From a virus (lineage: Duplodnaviria > Caudoviricetes), in the IMG/VR virus record IMGVR_UViG_3300005719_000009, positions 12,125 to 76,124 of that record: a DNA stretch of 64,000 nucleotides; one strand, 5' to 3'. The notes beneath the pieces were generated by a model. It made no database searches. It was not told the DNA's origin and saw only the letters and a program-made list of their open reading frames with translations. The translations under genes and the position numbers were made by a program. This document shows positions 15,838 through 26,022 of the stretch, in pieces; the first letter of the stretch is position 1, and each line of letters starts with the position of its first letter.

Positions 15838-18800
15838 GCAAGAGACTGATCAACCATGAAATCATATGTTTTCCCCCAATCAAGTGTTGTAAATGTCGAC
15901 CCGGTAGCATTATCTGTTACAGCAGCGGACAAGCTATATTTGTTGCTGCCCGCTGAAAATCTCATAAGCAACGTCACCGACTGACCATTAATTACAGCAG
16001 ATGGCAATGTTAGTGTTCTCCCTGTTGTTAACACATCTGACACTTCTGCAATAATCGTATTAGACGCAACTGTGTAATCAGCATCGGTATTGTTCGCATC
16101 TACATCATACGTAATGCCAGAAAACAGATTAACCCTTCCGCTGGATGTAACGGTAAAGGCCGAAACTGTGCTGCCTCCTGTCCCAACAGATAAAGAATTA
16201 CCCCCGCCTGAAATAATTCTATTCCCCGCCAATGTTGCATCCCCGCTATACAATGTAGTTATAGATGAAGCGATGGAACTTTGTGCAACCTTTCTCACTA
16301 TACTATCCGCGCCAAGCACTAATACAGAGTCTGTACTCAGCCCGTTCCCTCTCACCCTCATCAACTTAACCGTGTCCGATACTCTTAAGGCTGTTCCTAT
16401 TATAGTTCCTTCTAAAGACGCATCCGTTTCCTGACCTATCCAAACCCTACTCGTACCGCCATTGCTTGAAGCTGCACCTATAACAACATTACCGGCAATT
16501 GAACCCGTGTTTCTATTAAATCCGTATAAGTAAACCTTATTAGATGCATCCGACCTATATTGACCTATAAATCCCGTAGATGATGTAACGCCACCGGTTA
16601 ATACGGACGCAGACGCAGATATATTATTATCGACAAAAAGTCCATTAGCCGTAGGGTTGGATGTTGAATTAATCACAACATTGCTACCAAAAGCATTCAA
16701 TCTAATTACACGCGTAGTTGAAAATGGAACACCACCTTGAACTTGTGCATCACCGTTATAAAATAAGTTTATTCCAGCGGTTGACATATTTGTTAAATCA
16801 ATCCCCGTAGCTGTTACACTTGTTCCTGATTTAATATATCCGTCAGTTTGTATAAGACTCGATTTTATTCCGCCATAAATGTTTATCGCCCCAAACTGTC
16901 TTTCGCTATTCGTAATTGGGGTATTCATTATAATAGAACTGTAAGGCATTTTAAGCAGCCTGCCAACACTATCTACCCCTAATGGTATTGTTTGCCCGCT
17001 TCCGGTTTTCAAATTTCTTACCACAATACTATCGAATTCGGATTGCCTGTTTACTATTAGCTGCCGCCCATTATCGTACGCGCTATAATGAAAGCTATCT
17101 ATGATAGCTTTCGTCCATATATCCTGCCCGGTAGAATCTGGGTGTAATGCATCTGGGATAATAGTAGTTCCATATTGTTGTGTTGCATTAAGCATATTAA
17201 CGAAACTGGTGCCATAAACTGTATGTATAGAATCTATTCCATTTACGTATTGCTGAATGCGTGCTAACGGGGTACTGAAAATAGTAAAGTATGCGGGACT
17301 TACTAATAGTATATCCCGCATGTAAGAACCCCAGCCACGCGCAATACATGTATCTAATGTTCTTTTCCACCATACAATAAAATTTACATATGTTAAGGTT
17401 GTTCCATTTTCATTAGTTATATCATTTGTACCAAACTCAAAAATTATACCTCTTAGCGAATCTGATTTAACCGGAATATTCGACAGCATTGTTGTATTGT
17501 TCTGCACTGTAGTCCCTGATTGACATAAGTTTCGCTCCCGCATACCAAAAAACCTCGTAACCTTCCCACTAAATCTTTGAGTTAAGGGTACGGTTAAACC
17601 GGATGAACCTGCGCCAATGGAATTTCCAAAAAAATACAACGCCGTGCCCGTGTCGGCAGATTTCCTAAGATACATTGACCTATCGGTTGCATTGCCTATC
17701 CTAAGAACTGTATCGATATTGGCGTTATTGGCCCCAACTCCACTGCCACTTCCGACCCAGCTTGCCATTGGTTGAATTAGCCCCGTTGTAGTGTTATACC
17801 CAATTGGTTTTATATTTGCAGTGTCTGTTTGTTGCGTTAAGGAAGGGAATCCATTAAATAATATTCTTCCTGTTGATTTCTGAATTATTATTCCAGTATA
17901 AATGCCAGAAACATTTTCCCCGATTTGAATACCCGTCGTTGAGTCTATTAATATACGCCTTGAATTTAATGGCTGAGTAGATATCAACTGTATGTGATCT
18001 TGATTAGCATACACTGTATTTATGCTACTAAAATCCTCATATCTTCCAGACATAACCGCATTCGTGTTATCTATAGTAAATCTGGTAGTACTCGCCACCC
18101 CATTAGCTGCTATAATATCAAGTTCATTTGTTCCTACGGATATGTTTGTTGTTTTAACTAAAGGGCCACCTAATTGAATCGTATCAGCATCCTTAGATAG
18201 ACCATTATTCGCATAAGAAGGGAATGACAATTGCGTTAAATCATATTGCGTTGCTATTTCTGTACTATCAACATCCGTAGTAATGGAGGTGGTAGTGGTA
18301 GTATGATTAATCCCAAATCCCGGATTCAATCTCTTAATTGTATCATTTATCAAAAGCGTATCTCCTGCCCCTGATGCATTTGCCAAAGGAGGCGTCAATG
18401 TCCCATTTGTTGCTGATGTGATTTGCCCTTTTGAATTAAAAGTAATATCACAATTCGTACAACTGCTACCAGTAATTACATCTATCAACGAAATCAATCC
18501 ACTCCCATTATCTGAAAAGTTGCTGGCACTGAATGTGGCGGCTCCTTTAGTTCCAGATGTATTTGCATTCGTTATGCCTATCGCACCAGTTGTTGAACTA
18601 TACGTTATTGGAGAGGTGCCAGACAACAACCCTCGTACTTTTAAGTAAAAATTTGGTATCGCTCCCGTATCGAGTGTTGCCAGCGTTCCGTTGCCGCGAA
18701 TATATTGCAGCGTAGTGCCAGCACCCGTAACCGAAAGAGTCCCGGCCCCCGTAACGGGAGAGTTGTTAACAGTAAACGCAGAAGGCATTGACAACCCAAC

Positions 18801-19277
18801 ACTTGTCACAGTCCCAGAACCGCTCGTATTAAATACATGAATAAATGACTCTGAGCCATTTTTTTGCTTAAACAAACTATCATTTCTGGAATAAACATTC
18901 TGAACCCATTTATTAGCAGTATCAATCTTTCTTAGGTACGGCAACAACATGGCTGTTGTATCAGAAATACTCAGCTTTAGGTTTATCCTATTACTTAATG
19001 AAGTCGTATCAATAGTAGTACCTATGCCATCTTGAATCCAGCGACTCCCAATCCAAATCCACTGAGTCGTGTCTACTCCGGGACGCGGCCATGTAATCGT
19101 CATGCCGAATTTAGTTGGAGTCCAACTTGTATCCCTACGCGAAACAACCGTGCCGGAGTCAGGCACGGTATATGTATTCTTAATCCATCCATTTATCGTT
19201 TGCGAAGGCACCCCGCTTTGAGATTGAGCGCTTAAATAAAACAAACAAAACAGTACTATATAAACTATATATCTCAT
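15813..19277 (-). CDS. tail-fibre-like protein with Sec signal peptide and SGNH/GDSL esterase domain
   Basis: signal peptide MRYIVYIVLFCLFYLSAQS then Q; fibre repeat GTVTSVGLSMPSAFTV..SPVT.AGTL; SGNH blocks FGNS, GTND, DALHP. Confidence 0.75.
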   Translation of the reverse strand: MRYIVYIVLFCLFYLSAQSQSGVPSQTINGWIKNTYTVPDSGTVVSRRDTSWTPTKFGMTITWPRPGVDTTQWIWIGSRWIQDGIGTTIDTTSLSNRINLKLSISDTTAMLLPYLRKIDTANKWVQNVYSRNDSLFKQKNGSESFIHVFNTSGSGTVTSVGLSMPSAFTVNNSPVTGAGTLSVTGAGTTLQYIRGNGTLATLDTGAIPNFYLKVRGLLSGTSPITYSSTTGAIGITNANTSGTKGAATFSASNFSDNGSGLISLIDVITGSSCTNCDITFNSKGQITSATNGTLTPPLANASGAGDTLLINDTIKRLNPGFGINHTTTTTSITTDVDSTEIATQYDLTQLSFPSYANNGLSKDADTIQLGGPLVKTTNISVGTNELDIIAANGVASTTRFTIDNTNAVMSGRYEDFSSINTVYANQDHIQLISTQPLNSRRILIDSTTGIQIGENVSGIYTGIIIQKSTGRILFNGFPSLTQQTDTANIKPIGYNTTTGLIQPMASWVGSGSGVGANNANIDTVLRIGNATDRSMYLRKSADTGTALYFFGNSIGAGSSGLTVPLTQRFSGKVTRFFGMRERNLCQSGTTVQNNTTMLSNIPVKSDSLRGIIFEFGTNDITNENGTTLTYVNFIVWWKRTLDTCIARGWGSYMRDILLVSPAYFTIFSTPLARIQQYVNGIDSIHTVYGTSFVNMLNATQQYGTTIIPDALHPDSTGQDIWTKAIIDSFHYSAYDNGRQLIVNRQSEFDSIVVRNLKTGSGQTIPLGVDSVGRLLKMPYSSIIMNTPITNSERQFGAINIYGGIKSSLIQTDGYIKSGTSVTATGIDLTNMSTAGINLFYNGDAQVQGGVPFSTTRVIRLNAFGSNVVINSTSNPTANGLFVDNNISASASVLTGGVTSSTGFIGQYRSDASNKVYLYGFNRNTGSIAGNVVIGAASSNGGTSRVWIGQETDASLEGTIIGTALRVSDTVKLMRVRGNGLSTDSVLVLGADSIVRKVAQSSIASSITTLYSGDATLAGNRIISGGGNSLSVGTGGSTVSAFTVTSSGRVNLFSGITYDVDANNTDADYTVASNTIIAEVSDVLTTGRTLTLPSAVINGQSVTLLMRFSAGSNKYSLSAAVTDNATGSTFTTLDWGKTYDFMVDQSLAWRLIRKY

Positions 19278-19885
19278 AATGCAATATATTGTAATCCTTG
19301 TATAACAAATAGATCGTTGTTTTGGAATGAGGTTCCCGTTGGCCCTATTGTAATCGTAACAGATGTTGGCGTATATACGGGCGTAAATGAAACTCTATCA
19401 GTTGCGCCAATAGGCAACTCAACGCCATCCTTGATCACAAATATAGATTTATCAATAATCCCGCTCAACGACAAAACAATTTGCGTTTGCCCATTAGTTG
19501 GCAATGTTACATTAACGCCATTTACACTCTGAGGCGACGATGTGACCCCAACGGTAAACTGCAAGTATACTTGCTGAATTGTAGAAATAACGCCTGTTGC
19601 CGGATTCACGATTGTGCCACTGCCGCCACTTCCTATTATTTGCAATGCCTGTCCGACAAAAGGCTGACACAATGAAAAAAGATAATTCATCCTACCGGCT
19701 AAAGAGCTACTTGATGGGTTGTAACTATTCAGCCAGTTAACAGCACTCTTTACAATGTATATTAATCTGGATAATCCAGTACGTTCATATTTGCCGCGAA
19801 ACAAATACCCTTTGGATTCTGAATCTTTAGCCAGAAACTGACACACATCCGCTATTTGCAATATTTCCGTTACAGTGTATGCCAT
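19274..19885 (-). CDS. putative virion or fibre-attachment protein
   Basis: helical N-terminal half and beta-rich C-terminal half; translationally coupled to the fibre gene. Confidence 0.55.
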   Translation of the reverse strand: MAYTVTEILQIADVCQFLAKDSESKGYLFRGKYERTGLSRLIYIVKSAVNWLNSYNPSSSSLAGRMNYLFSLCQPFVGQALQIIGSGGSGTIVNPATGVISTIQQVYLQFTVGVTSSPQSVNGVNVTLPTNGQTQIVLSLSGIIDKSIFVIKDGVELPIGATDRVSFTPVYTPTSVTITIGPTGTSFQNNDLFVIQGLQYIAL

Positions 19886-20394
19886 TAGAAATATTTATTT
19901 TGATTTACAATCAAATTTTGTATTCTCGAAAGAGCAGCCTGCGCTGATGCTTGTTGCCCCTTTGAAGCAGCCTGAATAGAATTATCTATCTCAGTTTGTA
20001 AAACTCCCAAATAATGGTAGAAAGTAGAATCATTCAAAATACTTGGATTTGATTGAATGGCTCCTATTTGCTGATCTTCAAACTGCCGAGAATTACCAAT
20101 AAAATTAAACAAATCAGATGCGCTATACGCAGAAGGGGGCGGCAATGGCGAAGATGATTGCCAAGTCAAAACAATTAATAAGCAAAGATCAACATTAAGA
20201 ACATTCAATGTAATCGATGCGCCTGAAGATAATGGGAAATCAATCGTATCACCCCCAACCAATGTGCCATCCGCCTGATATAAACTTATTGTTCGACCAG
20301 TCAAGTTACCATCTGATCCGGTGCTTGTATCTGTAATCACAAAACTGCCGGGGCTTATCAAGCTGCTAACCGTAAATGCTCCGTTAAAGGCCAT
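19885..20394 (-). CDS. putative virion structural protein
   Basis: S/T-rich beta N-terminus, helical C-terminus; position in the tail module. Confidence 0.55.
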   Translation of the reverse strand: MAFNGAFTVSSLISPGSFVITDTSTGSDGNLTGRTISLYQADGTLVGGDTIDFPLSSGASITLNVLNVDLCLLIVLTWQSSSPLPPPSAYSASDLFNFIGNSRQFEDQQIGAIQSNPSILNDSTFYHYLGVLQTEIDNSIQAASKGQQASAQAALSRIQNLIVNQNKYF

Positions 20395-20419
20395 GGTAAA
20401 TATTAATTTTTAATATGCA

Positions 20420-20938
20420 TTATTGATTTTTAACCTTAATCATTATTTTCTTTTGCCCATCCGTAGGGGCAACATTAACATCCATCGGCACTCTTCCTGC
20501 TAATTGTTGATTAATTTGACTAATAGAGGTTCTGAATCCGGGGCCAACGCCATACCCAAGTGCCTTTGTTTTTGAAAGAACATCTTTGATATATGGATCA
20601 CTTGACCCAATGTCATAAAAGGCGTTTAATTTTTCCTCTACAGGAAGTTTCTGCACATCCGGTCTGGTGTTAAATATATAAGCGTGGTTCATTAATTTTT
20701 GCGCAGCATCATTGCCAATCAAACGAGTTAAGCTACCGTATATCCCCGCCTTATCTTCAGGCTTTAATATATTCCCCTTGCCTACCAACTCCATCAACCT
20801 ATCCCTAATGTCTAAATCCCTATCAATGGTTGTTCCTCCGGCAGCATGATATGTAGCTCCTTTTACGCCCCCTCCGCTATTTATTGGATCACCAGTTGCG
20901 GGATTAGCTATTCTCAATACTATTTTTTTGTTTTCCAT
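20420..20938 (-). CDS. hypothetical protein (virion module)
   Basis: 172 aa, 1-nt overlap with the large gene. Confidence 0.65.
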   Translation of the reverse strand: MENKKIVLRIANPATGDPINSGGGVKGATYHAAGGTTIDRDLDIRDRLMELVGKGNILKPEDKAGIYGSLTRLIGNDAAQKLMNHAYIFNTRPDVQKLPVEEKLNAFYDIGSSDPYIKDVLSKTKALGYGVGPGFRTSISQINQQLAGRVPMDVNVAPTDGQKKIMIKVKNQ

Positions 20939-23900
20939 TATTGGTGTGGTTTATGTGGTTTACTTATTTTTGTTTTTGATACTTTTGTTGGCTTCGTACC
21001 GGAGTTTACACTTCCACCTCCACCACTTTCATACGTTGTTGTACCAACGCCCACAAAGCTCGGCAATCCAGTATACAGTAGCGACATTGGGCCTTGCTCC
21101 TGCCACGCGTCTTTCACGTCGTTTATGATCATTGGTGTTAAGTGTTCCTTTACCTCGTCCGTCAGGTTAACATCTGCACCTACTGCTGTTCTTCCAGATA
21201 GAACATCTAATCCTATTGATGGAACTGGTGCTAATTTGCCACGGAAAAAACTAAACAACTTATCGGCTTTTGTATGTTGACCAAACCCACTGCCAAGCGG
21301 AACGATATTCCCATTGCTTTTCTTTTCCACCCCAGACATTAATTGTGAAGCAACCCTTATGTATTGCTGAAACCCGCCCCATATGTCCCATCTGGTATCT
21401 CCTGCATGTATTTTCCCGAAATCAGGGCTATTTGGGTTAGCCTCAACTTTAACGCCCGGAATCATTGCAAACAAAGTTAACGTTGTCGTGCCAGCCATAA
21501 TCAAATTAGCCATATCATTCAACGCCATTAATCTCACCTCTTTAGGCAATGACGCATACCATACTGGATTTAGTAGATTTATTCTTGATGCTATCAATCT
21601 GGGTGAGAAGAACATACTATTTAAAACTTTTGCCGCAGGCTCTAAATCTCCCAACTCGCCTCTACCAGTAGCTGCATTTATAAATGCCCCCAGACCCTCG
21701 TATACATCCGGCCTCGTTTGTGGAGTTATACCTCGATCCGCCAAATCCTTAGCATACATAGTAAATACATCAACTCTTAACTTATTCAAATACGCCACAT
21801 AAGCACGTTCACTTTTAGAAATAAGACCAGCCCCCGGAATTAATTTCTTGCCTCCCACTTTAAGGGTTTCTCCTATTATTGGTATTTTCTCAGCAAGATT
21901 CGTCATAAATGCTTCCTCTTTCGCTGACAAATGTAAATTGTTTGGATCGGCTATGTATAATCCGAATTTAGATAAAACATTTTTATAGTAATCACTTTCC
22001 TTTAAATCATAAAGCCACTTATCAAACCTATCTGGATTAATTGCCTGTCTAATGCTTTCCGCAAACGCCTTAGCGGCCATAAGCGGATGCGAAGTAGTAA
22101 GCACCAGCCCCTGCCTTAAAGGTGCTGATAAATCCACAGAAGCCATAAGCGTACGCGGGATGCCCAAAAATTCCCTAAATCGATCCCATCCCTTTTGCCC
22201 TCTTGTTCTGTTATTATACGCATTCTGCGCTATCTGCTTTTGCCATTCAATTTTCTTTTTAACATAAGCCTCTTTTAGCGTTTGTGCTTCCTTATCAAGC
22301 TCAATAGTGTTTTTTTCTTCTGGTTCAAAATCACCGGCATCTATTTTTCGCTGTATTTCCTCTGTCATTTTTTTATACCTTGACTTCAATGCTATCAATT
22401 TCTCTGACTCTGCTTTCTCTGGCCTGCCTTGCAATTCTTTTATTTGTTTTCGCAAATCCTCTATTTCCGCACTACGAAGCAATCTCGCTCGATTGCTTTT
22501 GGGTTGCGGCCCAGCTTTCAAAGCTTCCAGCCTATTTATATACTTTGCCTGAAGGTGTATTTCATAAGCCTTTTCTTGGAGGTCGTTTTTTGTTTGCTTT
22601 TTTGAATATTCCCCTGCTATTATATCGTGAATGTTTTTTTCACTTATCCCTTCAACTACGTCCTTCAGTTGCTCATGTATGTTATTTATTATTTCAGGCA
22701 ATTTCTCAATCCCCTCTTCAATTAAACTCTTAACCAATTTAGCCACATGAGGCGCTATTGCCGCCAACTGCGCAGTGCCGGGCAGGCTTATCATTGCTCC
22801 CTTTTCTCCCTTCGCTACTTTAAGCAAATCATCCCTCATTTTTGCTATAATATCTTTCCGTTCATTTACATAGTCTTCGTGAGTTCTTGATTTTGACGTT
22901 TGCTTCTTCTCAGATACCGCCTTCTTTAAAACACCTTCCGCCTTTAGTTTTGCATTTTCTGCGGCAAGCTTTTCAACTCTTGCTCGATACGCGTCCCTGC
23001 TTGCCTGCATATCATCATATCTTGCCTTCACTCCTGCCGCCTGTTCTTCCGTCAATGGAACACCTAAATTTGCGTCTTTTGCCTGCTGGAAAAACGACGA
23101 AAGCGTTTCATCATTAAGCATAAACATTCTTCTGGCTCTAAATGCGGCCCCTTCTTCCGATCCGGCCTTGTCGCTGGCCCGGCTAAGTCGTTCAATTGCA
23201 TCAAGCGTAGAATTAAATTCAGGAGTATTAACTTCTAAATTTTTCAACTTCACGTTTAACGCTCCCACCATTTTTGCAAACGCTACCTGCTCTGTATCTG
23301 TCATTGATTTGTCTCTGCCAGATAATAGCCTATCGGCTTTACCTTCAAAATCATACCCGTCTCTTATTAGGCTGTCGGCTTCTCTTTCAAGCGTTATATC
23401 GTCTTTTGTTGCGCGTGGTATCCTGTCAGTAAGCCCTAACTCACTGTATATTTTTTCAGTATCAGCATGAGCCAATCTACCAACATCCCCATCTTCTGGA
23501 TTAAATGGCAAATCAAACATATTTGGAGGTATCCCATCGCTCATTTTTGTTTCACTCTGACCAGCACTTTCTCCTTCGGTTGCACCTTGCGCTCCGGCAA
23601 CTTCACCTGAATCGGGTATTCCTTCGCCCATCTGCTGGCTATCTCCGGGTGTTTCGCCCATAGAAACTTCCTCTGGGCCTCCGATTTGAACGGCATTTTC
23701 TTCTGGTTTTGTTTTAAATTCTTCAAAATCTATATCTTCGGCATTGATTTTTTTGCCCTTATTCTTATTTAATAACACATTAGCCCATTTATCAAAATCT
23801 CCATTTTTTATATCAGCAATATCAACATGCGTATATTTGGATATTTCACTTTCACTCATGACCCCTTGCTTATACTGCCTATATAAAATTCTTTTTTCTT

Positions 23901-26022
23901 CAGCCGACAATACTTTAGAAGCCTTTAGCATGCCCAAAACATCCACTTCTTGTTGATTAATTTGCTCTGTGTAGGATTGCGGATATAATTCTTTTGCCTT
24001 ATTCACTATCTCTTCGCCAAATGTCTCAATAGTTTGATTTAATGAATTTGGATCAGCAGCCTGTTCTGCTATATCTTTAAAATACCCCTCCAATTCCTTT
24101 TCGGTAGCATTCCTTAATGTATCAGTAACGAACCCCTCAATATTTCCTTTCTTAAATTCCTTATCAACGACTTTTTGCAATTCGCCTCGATCAGCCCCTT
24201 TCGATATATTTACAATTTCCTCATCCAGTTTTTTTATATCCTCTTTAATATCCGGATGATATGCTTTGTCTACTCTTTCAAGTTCTTCTTGAAGCAAATT
24301 CCTTTCTTTTATTTTTGCCTGAACCTTCAGGCGATCTAATTCAGGAATGTCTTCCGGAATGGAAGCATTTAATTGTTTTTGATCTCTTATTGCCTTTTGT
24401 GCTGCTTGTAACTCCTCAGTACTTATATACCCTGTCTCTTGGAGATTATTAAACTCCTGATCTATCACGTGCTCCGGCAATTTAGCCACACTGTGCACTA
24501 TTTCATTGTATGTTGATTTTTTCAACAACTTAGGCGCTTTCGCAAGCATAGCAATACCTGCCGTCATAGTCACACCGCCTACCAGTTGAGGCAAAGTTCC
24601 TTCCATTGTATCAACAGGTATCCCAGCTTTTTGCGACATTAAATTCTTAACAACTTGCCCGCTGGCCCCTATTGCGCCAACTCCTAACCCTTCCATTATT
24701 TTCTTTGCGCCCTCTTCCCCAATTTGCTTCAACCCGCTACGAACCGAATTTTGTAGCAATGGAGTTGCTATATTAGTTGGCTTCAATGCCGCCTCGCCGC
24801 CTACAAAACCCATTGCGGCCCCGGTTGCAGCATCTACTGTTGCCTGTTTTTCGGCTAACTCCTTCGCTTGCTGATAAGCGGTGTAATCGGCCATTTCAGG
24901 ATGCGTCCTTTTTATTTCAGCATAATTCATTTGCAACGCAGAAGCATAACCTAACTTATACATTTCATGCGCAGATATCCCAGACGCAGCAGCAGCCCCG
25001 GCGATAGGAGTGCCTAAGTAATTAGCTATCGCTCCCCCAACAATTGGCTTTATGGGTTGACCGCCTATCATAGCCCCGGCCTCTCCTGAAGTTCCAACAG
25101 GCACATCAATCGGGGTGTCCGGGTCTTGCTCTTTTATTTTACTATTTAGTTCTGATATTATTGCCGATTCGTTATCCGTTTTAGTGTACAATTCGTAATC
25201 CTTAAACAATTCATTCTTCTGCCTAAACCCTAAAGCCAAACTCCCCAAAAAACCATGTGGGGTATACAATACCCCTCTCAATGGGTCATAGTCAACATCA
25301 CCTTTTATTATCTTGTCTACATTTTTACTTATTTTATTTTCCTTATCAGGATTATCTTGTCGATCTAACCTGTATATGTCAGCTTTTAGTCTATTTGCTT
25401 CTGATGGATTTGTTTTGCTTAAATCTTTAACCCGTTGATTGATGGCAGTTCTTACCATGCCGGGGTTTTCTGCCATTTCTGCTTTAAACTGCTGTATCTC
25501 ATCATTGGTCACAGTAGTTTGCGGCCTTAGCTTACTTTCAATTTCAGCAACCTGCGGGCTTACCGGCATACCCTCTTTTGGATTACCCCCCAACAAAATG
25601 CTTTTCGATCTCCCCTCAATATCTTTTTTGTTATTATATATAAGATTGCCAATATTCCTATCAATATCTTGTATATGCGCATTAACTCTATCAGAGGCCT
25701 GTGCCGTCTTTATTGTATGATCATCGATAGGCACCACATTCGCCTCTACCATCGGCTTGTATTTCTGACTTGGCACATTCAACCAATCTGTCATTGGCTT
25801 GAATTGGACTTGCGTTTGCTCTTGCTGTTTTGGCTTAGGCTGCTCCTGAACAGCTTCTTCTGTTACAACAGGATCATATGTTGCCTTTGGGTTGAAAGTT
25901 GGTTTTTTACCTTTAGGCGTAGGCGTATCCTGAACGGCTTCGTAAGAAGCATTCGGATCAAACGATGGCTTTTCGCCAGTAGAAGGAAATGTTCTGCTAC
26001 TCATACTGCCCAGTTTTTTCAT
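20938..26022 (-). CDS. large internal virion/DNA-ejection protein (polyvalent-protein-like C-terminus)
   Basis: 1694 aa, helical, Gly/Ala hydrophobic stretches; C-terminal WDIWGGFQQY...RGKLAP resembles large polyvalent proteins; podovirus-like position. Confidence 0.7.
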   Translation of the reverse strand: MKKLGSMSSRTFPSTGEKPSFDPNASYEAVQDTPTPKGKKPTFNPKATYDPVVTEEAVQEQPKPKQQEQTQVQFKPMTDWLNVPSQKYKPMVEANVVPIDDHTIKTAQASDRVNAHIQDIDRNIGNLIYNNKKDIEGRSKSILLGGNPKEGMPVSPQVAEIESKLRPQTTVTNDEIQQFKAEMAENPGMVRTAINQRVKDLSKTNPSEANRLKADIYRLDRQDNPDKENKISKNVDKIIKGDVDYDPLRGVLYTPHGFLGSLALGFRQKNELFKDYELYTKTDNESAIISELNSKIKEQDPDTPIDVPVGTSGEAGAMIGGQPIKPIVGGAIANYLGTPIAGAAAASGISAHEMYKLGYASALQMNYAEIKRTHPEMADYTAYQQAKELAEKQATVDAATGAAMGFVGGEAALKPTNIATPLLQNSVRSGLKQIGEEGAKKIMEGLGVGAIGASGQVVKNLMSQKAGIPVDTMEGTLPQLVGGVTMTAGIAMLAKAPKLLKKSTYNEIVHSVAKLPEHVIDQEFNNLQETGYISTEELQAAQKAIRDQKQLNASIPEDIPELDRLKVQAKIKERNLLQEELERVDKAYHPDIKEDIKKLDEEIVNISKGADRGELQKVVDKEFKKGNIEGFVTDTLRNATEKELEGYFKDIAEQAADPNSLNQTIETFGEEIVNKAKELYPQSYTEQINQQEVDVLGMLKASKVLSAEEKRILYRQYKQGVMSESEISKYTHVDIADIKNGDFDKWANVLLNKNKGKKINAEDIDFEEFKTKPEENAVQIGGPEEVSMGETPGDSQQMGEGIPDSGEVAGAQGATEGESAGQSETKMSDGIPPNMFDLPFNPEDGDVGRLAHADTEKIYSELGLTDRIPRATKDDITLEREADSLIRDGYDFEGKADRLLSGRDKSMTDTEQVAFAKMVGALNVKLKNLEVNTPEFNSTLDAIERLSRASDKAGSEEGAAFRARRMFMLNDETLSSFFQQAKDANLGVPLTEEQAAGVKARYDDMQASRDAYRARVEKLAAENAKLKAEGVLKKAVSEKKQTSKSRTHEDYVNERKDIIAKMRDDLLKVAKGEKGAMISLPGTAQLAAIAPHVAKLVKSLIEEGIEKLPEIINNIHEQLKDVVEGISEKNIHDIIAGEYSKKQTKNDLQEKAYEIHLQAKYINRLEALKAGPQPKSNRARLLRSAEIEDLRKQIKELQGRPEKAESEKLIALKSRYKKMTEEIQRKIDAGDFEPEEKNTIELDKEAQTLKEAYVKKKIEWQKQIAQNAYNNRTRGQKGWDRFREFLGIPRTLMASVDLSAPLRQGLVLTTSHPLMAAKAFAESIRQAINPDRFDKWLYDLKESDYYKNVLSKFGLYIADPNNLHLSAKEEAFMTNLAEKIPIIGETLKVGGKKLIPGAGLISKSERAYVAYLNKLRVDVFTMYAKDLADRGITPQTRPDVYEGLGAFINAATGRGELGDLEPAAKVLNSMFFSPRLIASRINLLNPVWYASLPKEVRLMALNDMANLIMAGTTTLTLFAMIPGVKVEANPNSPDFGKIHAGDTRWDIWGGFQQYIRVASQLMSGVEKKSNGNIVPLGSGFGQHTKADKLFSFFRGKLAPVPSIGLDVLSGRTAVGADVNLTDEVKEHLTPMIINDVKDAWQEQGPMSLLYTGLPSFVGVGTTTYESGGGGSVNSGTKPTKVSKTKISKPHKPHQ
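23541..23696 (-). CDS. overprinted 51-aa MPFKS-type small protein inside the ejection gene
   Basis: alternative frame MPFKSEAQRKFLWAKHPEIASRWAKEYP...; A-rich leader; stop overlaps an in-frame ATG of the host gene. Confidence 0.7.
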   Translation of the reverse strand: MPFKSEAQRKFLWAKHPEIASRWAKEYPIQVKLPERKVQPKEKVLVRVKQK

